Assembly: GCA_965116805.1 (NCBI GenBank)
Contig: OZ220713.1
Location: forward strand, 2,704,594-2,768,593
Direction of reading: 5' to 3'
DNA length: 64,000 bases
Source of the DNA: Vicinamibacteria bacterium
GTDB taxonomy: Bacteria > Acidobacteriota > Vicinamibacteria > Marinacidobacterales > Marinacidobacteraceae
The notes beneath the pieces were generated by a model, which worked only from the letters and a program-made list of their open reading frames with translations, was not told the DNA's origin and did no database searches. A program made the position numbers and the translations under genes. This document shows positions 58,788 through 64,000 of the stretch, in pieces. Position 1 is the stretch's first letter; each line of letters starts with the position of its first letter.

Positions 58788-60968
58788 ATGACTTCCGGGC
58801 GGATTCCTTCAGCATTCTCTTTCGACCTGGCGGCACGCGCGGTGCTGGGTTCGGCTCTCCTGGCCGGCGCCGCCATGGCTTCGGGTCAGGAGCGGCAACT
58901 GACGGTGACTCCCGAGTCGCTGAACCTGCGGGTGGGACAGACCGGCAGCCTTGTCGCCACCGTTACGGCGGCAGACGGAGAGGTGGACACCGGGGCGCGC
59001 GTTCTCTTCTTCTCCCTCGACCCAGCGGACGTCAGCGTCTCCCACACCGGGGTGGTGACCGCCCACCGGGCCGGCAACCACACGCTGGTGGCGCTGTCGC
59101 CGGCGGCCGGGACTACGCCGGGATTCACGCGGGCGGACGATCCCGGCATTCGGGTGGAGATCCCCGTGGAGATCCTGCCCTCCGAACTCGCGACGCTGAG
59201 CTTCGTCGATCTGCCCGACCGGGTACTGGCAGGCGCCAGCGTCCCGGTCCGGCTGCTCGCCGAGGACGAGGGTTCCGAACCGCGCGACGTGCGTCCCGAG
59301 ATCACCGTCGAACCAGCCGGCGTCGGCGCGGTCACCGCGTTCGGTCCCCTCTTCGAGGGCACCTACCACGCCCATCCGTTCTACGACCGGCCGCGGCCCC
59401 CGACCTACCACTGGGAGGCCGCCGGCGTTTTCCGGGCGGTCGGCCCGGGGACCGCCACCCTGACCGCGCGGCTCGGCGAACTGACCGCCGAGGCGCGGAT
59501 CGAGGTTGCGGCCAATCCCGCGCATTCCCTCAGCCTTGACGCAAACGTCGGCGAGTCGCCGCTGACCGGCGGTGTCCGCACCGGGGACGTGGTCCGCTTC
59601 TCCGCTTCCGTCATGGACGAAGGCGGCGGCGCGGTCGAAGGCGCCCCGGTGCGCTTCTCGCTGGAGTCGCATCCCGACCCCAGCCGGTTCGACACCGTGG
59701 GGGCCGGCGCCCCGGCACAACTCCTCGCGGACGGCCGGTTCGTCGCGGAGCAGCCCGGGCTCTACGTGGTTTCCGCCTCGTCGGGTTCGGCGCACGGAGA
59801 ACAGGCGGTGCAGGTCGTGCCCCGGGAGGTGGGAATGGCGATGGAATTCGTGGGCCATGCGCCGGTGCGCGACCGCGCGACCTCTGACCTCTGGATCTGG
59901 GAGGGGACCGACGGGCGCGACTACGCGGCGCTCGGCACGTGGAACGCCGACGGGCACGCGCTCTTCTTCGACGTCACCGACCCCGCGAACATGCAGCGGA
60001 TCTCCGAGGTGCAGGTGGACGCCCGCACGGTGAACGACGTGAAGGTGTCCGAAGACGGCCGGATCGCGGTCATCACCCGCGAAGGCGCCTCGAACCGCCG
60101 CAACGGGTTCGTGATCCTCGACGTCTCCGACCCCCGGAACCCGGAGATCCTCTCGCGCTTTGACGACGAGCTGACCGGCGGGGTCCACAACGTGTTCTTC
60201 CACGAGGGGCACATCTACGCGATCAACAACGGCCGGCGCTGGGACGTGGTGAACGCCGAGGATCCGCGGAACCCGTTCCGGGTGTCCCGGTTCGAGGACC
60301 CGCGCCCCGGCCGCAGCGTGCACGACGTCTGGATCCACGACGGGATCGCGTTCCAGGCCGGGAACACCGACGGCATGGTGGTCGTGGACGTGGGCGGCGG
60401 CGGCATGGGCGGATCGCCCCAGAACCCGGTGGAGATGGGCCGTCTCTACCAGCTCACCGGCTGGAACCACGCCATCTGGCCGTTCCGCAGCCAGTCGGCC
60501 GGCCGCTTCTACGTCGTCACCGGCGACGAGTCGCATCCGATCAACCCCCGGATCCCTGGCCCGATCATTTCCTGGCAGGAGAGGATGCCCTCCCGGGCGA
60601 TGGGCTTCATCCACTTCAACGAGTTCGACGATCCCGAGAACCCGGTCGAGATCGCCCGTTACCGGGTGCCCGAGGCGGGCCCGCACAACCTCTGGATCGA
60701 CTACGAGAAGGACCTCATGTACGTCGCCTACTTCAACGGCGGCCTGCGGGTGGTGGACGTGTCCGGGGAACTGGTAGGCGACCTCTACCGGCAGGGCCGG
60801 GAGATCGCCAAGTTCTACTCCGACGACCCCGACGGGTTCATCCCGAACGCCCCCTTCGTCTGGGGCCCGCAGCCGCACAAGGGGACGATCTTCTTCTCGG
60901 ACTTCAACAGCGGCCTCTGGGCGGTGCGGCTCGTGCCGCGGGAGGACCGCTCGCCGGCGGGCCCGTAG
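58788..60968 (+). CDS. Secreted protein with N-terminal Ig-like domains and a C-terminal LVIVD-repeat beta-propeller
   Basis: Signal peptide. Repeated 'FVILDVSDPRNPE / FRVSRFEDPRPGRSVHDVW / MYVAYFNGGLRVVDVS' blades typical of LVIVD repeats. Confidence 0.6.
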   Translation: MTSGRIPSAFSFDLAARAVLGSALLAGAAMASGQERQLTVTPESLNLRVGQTGSLVATVTAADGEVDTGARVLFFSLDPADVSVSHTGVVTAHRAGNHTLVALSPAAGTTPGFTRADDPGIRVEIPVEILPSELATLSFVDLPDRVLAGASVPVRLLAEDEGSEPRDVRPEITVEPAGVGAVTAFGPLFEGTYHAHPFYDRPRPPTYHWEAAGVFRAVGPGTATLTARLGELTAEARIEVAANPAHSLSLDANVGESPLTGGVRTGDVVRFSASVMDEGGGAVEGAPVRFSLESHPDPSRFDTVGAGAPAQLLADGRFVAEQPGLYVVSASSGSAHGEQAVQVVPREVGMAMEFVGHAPVRDRATSDLWIWEGTDGRDYAALGTWNADGHALFFDVTDPANMQRISEVQVDARTVNDVKVSEDGRIAVITREGASNRRNGFVILDVSDPRNPEILSRFDDELTGGVHNVFFHEGHIYAINNGRRWDVVNAEDPRNPFRVSRFEDPRPGRSVHDVWIHDGIAFQAGNTDGMVVVDVGGGGMGGSPQNPVEMGRLYQLTGWNHAIWPFRSQSAGRFYVVTGDESHPINPRIPGPIISWQERMPSRAMGFIHFNEFDDPENPVEIARYRVPEAGPHNLWIDYEKDLMYVAYFNGGLRVVDVSGELVGDLYRQGREIAKFYSDDPDGFIPNAPFVWGPQPHKGTIFFSDFNSGLWAVRLVPREDRSPAGP

Positions 60969-60978
60969 GCGAGTCGCC

Positions 60979-62148
60979 TCAGTTCCGCAGCCGCGCCCCC
61001 TCGGTTCCGGCGATCGCCCCGCCCAGGAAGCGCCGGAAGTCCGTTCCCCCGGTGCCGCGCGCCGCGGTACCCGGATCAGCCTGGCGCACGATGTAGTCGT
61101 TCACGATCGCCATGTGGACGCGCCGGAGTTCGGCAAGCGCCTCCACCGCGCCGTCGTAGGCGTTCCTGACGGCGCGGTCGCCGGTGGCGGCCGCGAACCG
61201 GCGGACCGCCCCGCTCGCCTCCACCGCTTCGATGAACCGCCGGTGCCGGGGATTCATGTAACGCCGCATGTCCAAGTGGGGTGCTCTGGCCGCCTCCGGC
61301 TGCCGAACGGAGAGCGCCGCGTCGAAACACTGGATGAGCGGGCTCTGGGCGGCGCTCCCGCCGGCAAGGACGAGCGGCTCCGCCAGGTCGGTCCCCTCGT
61401 AGCGCACGCCCGGCTCGAACCACCCGGAAAAAGGCGGCCGCACCCGGCGGTAGAAGACGTGCGGGTCGCAGCCCTCGCGGGTGCGCTCGGTGAGCACCGT
61501 GATGCGGCCGATGGTCTCGCCCAACCGTTCGAGCTCGGCAGCCAACGTCGCGGCGTCTCCCGCCTCGGCGTCCATCTCCATCCGGACGATCCGGGCCGGC
61601 TCCTCTCCCCCGCACGCCTCGATGGCTACCGCGATGGTGAGGAACCAGGTCTCGTCCGTGCTGCCGTGGATACCGACCAGGTTCACGAGGTTCTCGACCT
61701 CGATGGGGCCTGCGGGATCCAGCCGCCGCCAGTTGTGCATGGCCAGGCTCGCGTGGGAGAGGATCGGCGGACGCCCCAGCCGCCGCGACAGCGCGACGAG
61801 CGGACAGGCGAGCGGGGGCGGGAGGCTGGCCGCCGGCGGCTCTGTGGCGTGCACGTAGGCGCCGGCGAAGAAGGTGAGCAGCAGCATGGCCCGCTCGACC
61901 TCGGGGCCATCCGCCAGCGGCGCGGGGTCCAGTTCCGGTAGCGCCGCGAGATCGCGGCGGGCCCGGCCGACCAGGTAGCGCGCGGAAACGTCCTTCGCCA
62001 TCTCTTCCCACGCCTCGAAACCCGGCGGCAGGCGCCGGAGCGGCTCGTAGGCCGGCAGGAAACCCCGGGGCCCCGGGACGCCGCCGGCGGCGGCCAACTG
62101 GCGAAGCGGCTCGACCGCGGTCATGGAGAAGAAGGCGCCGGCTCCCAC
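60979..62148 (-). CDS. Indoleamine 2,3-dioxygenase-like heme dioxygenase
   Basis: 'GGSAAQSPLIQCFD' matches the IDO-family GGSAGQSS...FQ signature. Length and helical character are consistent. Confidence 0.65.
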   Translation of the reverse strand: MGAGAFFSMTAVEPLRQLAAAGGVPGPRGFLPAYEPLRRLPPGFEAWEEMAKDVSARYLVGRARRDLAALPELDPAPLADGPEVERAMLLLTFFAGAYVHATEPPAASLPPPLACPLVALSRRLGRPPILSHASLAMHNWRRLDPAGPIEVENLVNLVGIHGSTDETWFLTIAVAIEACGGEEPARIVRMEMDAEAGDAATLAAELERLGETIGRITVLTERTREGCDPHVFYRRVRPPFSGWFEPGVRYEGTDLAEPLVLAGGSAAQSPLIQCFDAALSVRQPEAARAPHLDMRRYMNPRHRRFIEAVEASGAVRRFAAATGDRAVRNAYDGAVEALAELRRVHMAIVNDYIVRQADPGTAARGTGGTDFRRFLGGAIAGTEGARLRN

Positions 62149-62216
62149 CGGACGCGCGCGGAGTGTGCCACGGCGCCCGGCCTCCTCCGTATGATCGGCC
62201 CCGCCTGGAGGCTCCG

Positions 62217-62747
62217 ATGCGCACCGCCCTTCCCTTCCTGTTCGCCCTGATCACCGCCCTCGCCTGGGGCCTCTACGGACCGACGCTCGGCCAGGCGCGC
62301 CTCGCGGACGCGACCGCGAGCCCCTTCAAGCCGTACCTGGGGATCGGGATCGCCTACCTGGTGGTGGCGATCGCGGGCGGCGCCATCGGCATGTGGCTCC
62401 GGGGGGACAACTTCTCCTTCACCCCGATCGCGGGCAGCAGCCTCGCCTGGGGGTTCGCGGCGGGACTCCTGGGAGCGCTCGGCGCCTTCGGACTGACCAT
62501 GGCGATGTTCACCGGCGGCGCCCGCATCCCCCACGCGGTCATGCCGGTGGTCTTCGGAGGCGCGGTCACGATCACCGCGATCTCGACGCTGCTCCTCTCG
62601 GGAGGGCGGCTGCGGGGCGGGCCGATGCTCTGGGTCGGGATCGCGGGAGTGCTGCTGTCAGTGCTGCTGATCACGACGAACACCCCGCACGCGCCGCCGC
62701 CGGCCAAGGCGGCGGCGCCGGCTGCACCCGACAGTCCGCCGAGTTGA
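62217..62747 (+). CDS. Hypothetical four-TM membrane protein with a Pro/Ala-rich tail
   Basis: Start at the internal ATG of ORF 62163..62747. Divergent from the IDO-like gene. Confidence 0.5.
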   Translation: MRTALPFLFALITALAWGLYGPTLGQARLADATASPFKPYLGIGIAYLVVAIAGGAIGMWLRGDNFSFTPIAGSSLAWGFAAGLLGALGAFGLTMAMFTGGARIPHAVMPVVFGGAVTITAISTLLLSGGRLRGGPMLWVGIAGVLLSVLLITTNTPHAPPPAKAAAPAAPDSPPS

Positions 62748-62753
62748 GCGGCG

Positions 62754-63851
62754 CTAATCGCCGGACAGCACCCGCAATCCCTCGCGGCTGATCCCGGCGC
62801 CGCTGAGCACGAGCCCCACGGACGCGAGCCCGGGATCGAGCTGCGGGAGCGCCGCGACCGGCAGGGCGGCGGAGCCCTCGACCATCGCGAAGCGCTCGCC
62901 GAGCACCCGGCGCATGGCGGCGGCGATGTCCCCTTCGTCGAGCAGGATCCAGGCATCCACGAGCTCGCCGCACATTGCGAAGGTGACCGCGCCGGCCTCG
63001 ACCCCGCCCGCGACCGCGTCGGCGAGCGTCGGCTCGAACGGCACGTCGCGCCCCGATTCGAGTAGGCGGCCCGCGCGCACCGAGGCCGCCATGACGGCGG
63101 AGGCCCGCGGTTGACACCCCACGACCTGGATCCCGGGGCGGGCGTGTTTGAGCCAACCGGCGATGCCGGCGACGAGGCCGCCCCCGCCCACCGGCACCAG
63201 CACCGCGTCGAGCGGCTCGCCGCCGAGCGCCGCATCCATCTCGAAACCGACGGTTCCCTGCCCCGCGATGATGTCCGGATCGTTGTAGGGCGAAACGAAC
63301 GGTCGCCCGCTCCTTTCCGCCTCCTCCCTGGCCGCGTATTCGGACTCCACCGCGTCGTCACCCACCAGACGCAGCTCGACCACGTCGCCGTACTGCTCGT
63401 CGAGGACGCGCCGCTTCGAATCGGCCACCGTCCGCGGCAGGAACACCGTGCCTCGCCCACCCAGCACGGCGAGCGCGTGCGCGGTCGCCCGGCCGTGATT
63501 CCCGGTGGACGCCGTGACGACTCCCTCGTCGAGTACCCGTGCGCCCGCCGTGTCCCGCAGCACCAACAGCTTGTTCAGGGCTCCCCGGATCTTGAAGGAG
63601 CCGGTAACGCCGAAGCACTCGAGCTTCCAGCGAACCGCTCCGCGGGGCGCGGCGGCCGCCCGTTCGCGGCTCAGGCCGCGGGCGGTTTCGAAGGGCGTCT
63701 CGTGCAGAAACGGCCGGATCCGCGAGGTTGCCGCACACACCCGGTCCGGCAATTCGCGGAGCAGCGCGGCGCCGGGGGGAACGCCGCCCGCGGAGGGCGT
63801 CTCTCGGGTAGCATTCCCGCCTTCCGGAGCCCCGGAATCTGACGTAGTCAC
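62754..63851 (-). CDS. PLP-dependent threonine/serine dehydratase (fold-type II)
   Basis: Lysine motif 'SFKIRGA', 'STGNHG', and a 'GGGGL' glycine loop. Confidence 0.8.
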   Translation of the reverse strand: MTTSDSGAPEGGNATRETPSAGGVPPGAALLRELPDRVCAATSRIRPFLHETPFETARGLSRERAAAAPRGAVRWKLECFGVTGSFKIRGALNKLLVLRDTAGARVLDEGVVTASTGNHGRATAHALAVLGGRGTVFLPRTVADSKRRVLDEQYGDVVELRLVGDDAVESEYAAREEAERSGRPFVSPYNDPDIIAGQGTVGFEMDAALGGEPLDAVLVPVGGGGLVAGIAGWLKHARPGIQVVGCQPRASAVMAASVRAGRLLESGRDVPFEPTLADAVAGGVEAGAVTFAMCGELVDAWILLDEGDIAAAMRRVLGERFAMVEGSAALPVAALPQLDPGLASVGLVLSGAGISREGLRVLSGD

Positions 63852-63869
63852 GTAAGGAGAAAGAGTCTA

Positions 63870-64000
63870 ATGAGCCAGGGAATTCAGGCCGTCCCCCGAC
63901 CGAACAACGAACCCGTACGCGGCTACGAGGCGGGCAGCGCCGACCGCGCGGCGCTCGAGGCCGAGATCAGCCGCCAGTCGAACCAGATCGTCGAGATCCC
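63870..64000 (+). CDS. L-glutamate gamma-semialdehyde (1-pyrroline-5-carboxylate) dehydrogenase, N-terminal fragment truncated by the window end
   Basis: 'MSQGIQAVPRPNNEPVRGYEAGSADRAALEAEI' matches the N-terminus of RocA/PruA-type P5C dehydrogenases. RBS AAGGAGA. Confidence 0.6.
   Translation, partial: MSQGIQAVPRPNNEPVRGYEAGSADRAALEAEISRQSNQIVEI

Overview
High-GC (about 70%) bacterial segment, gene-dense, with no rRNA, tRNA or CRISPR visible by eye. I support about 58 protein-coding genes. Main content, left to right: (1) An IS110-family transposase at the left edge. (2) An acyl-CoA dehydrogenase plus a MeaB-like GTPase fused to a methylmalonyl-CoA epimerase-like domain. (3) A hipBA toxin-antitoxin pair. 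(4) A recent tandem duplication of a secreted amidohydrolase around a cyclophilin gene. (5) A catabolic cluster (DUF3311-like gene plus Na+/solute symporter, C-N hydrolase, CocE/NonD hydrolase, MmgE/PrpD). (6) An abiEi/abiEii abortive-infection pair. (7) A tctCBA tricarboxylate transporter. (8) A form-II coxSLM cluster (AYRGAGR motif in CoxL) followed by coxD/coxE/coxF-like genes and an AttFGH-like ABC system; the AttH-like gene runs without a stop into a membrane domain. (9) A VWA protein, a formamidase and an apparently frameshifted TolB/CehA hydrolase. (10) A phd-vapC pair, a serine hydrolase, an orphan coxG and a vapBC pair. (11) A TonB receptor, a Zn-ADH, a lipoprotein and a DmpA peptidase. 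(12) A form-I coxMSL cluster (AYRCSFR motif) with an XdhC-like protein carrying a C-terminal YHS/TRASH-like Cys motif. (13) A DUF4212-like gene plus a second symporter. (14) A DUF4143-type AAA ATPase behind an unusually AT-rich palindromic promoter; an ECF sigma factor, a small membrane protein and YbjQ; and a divergent LVIVD beta-propeller protein. (15) An IDO-like dioxygenase, a threonine dehydratase and the start of a P5C dehydrogenase. Each of the four TA/Abi modules has a dyad-symmetric candidate operator in an AT-richer pocket just upstream. Many long antisense ORFs in the six-frame track are GC-driven shadows and are rejected. All functional calls are motif or family recognition by eye; no database search was run.
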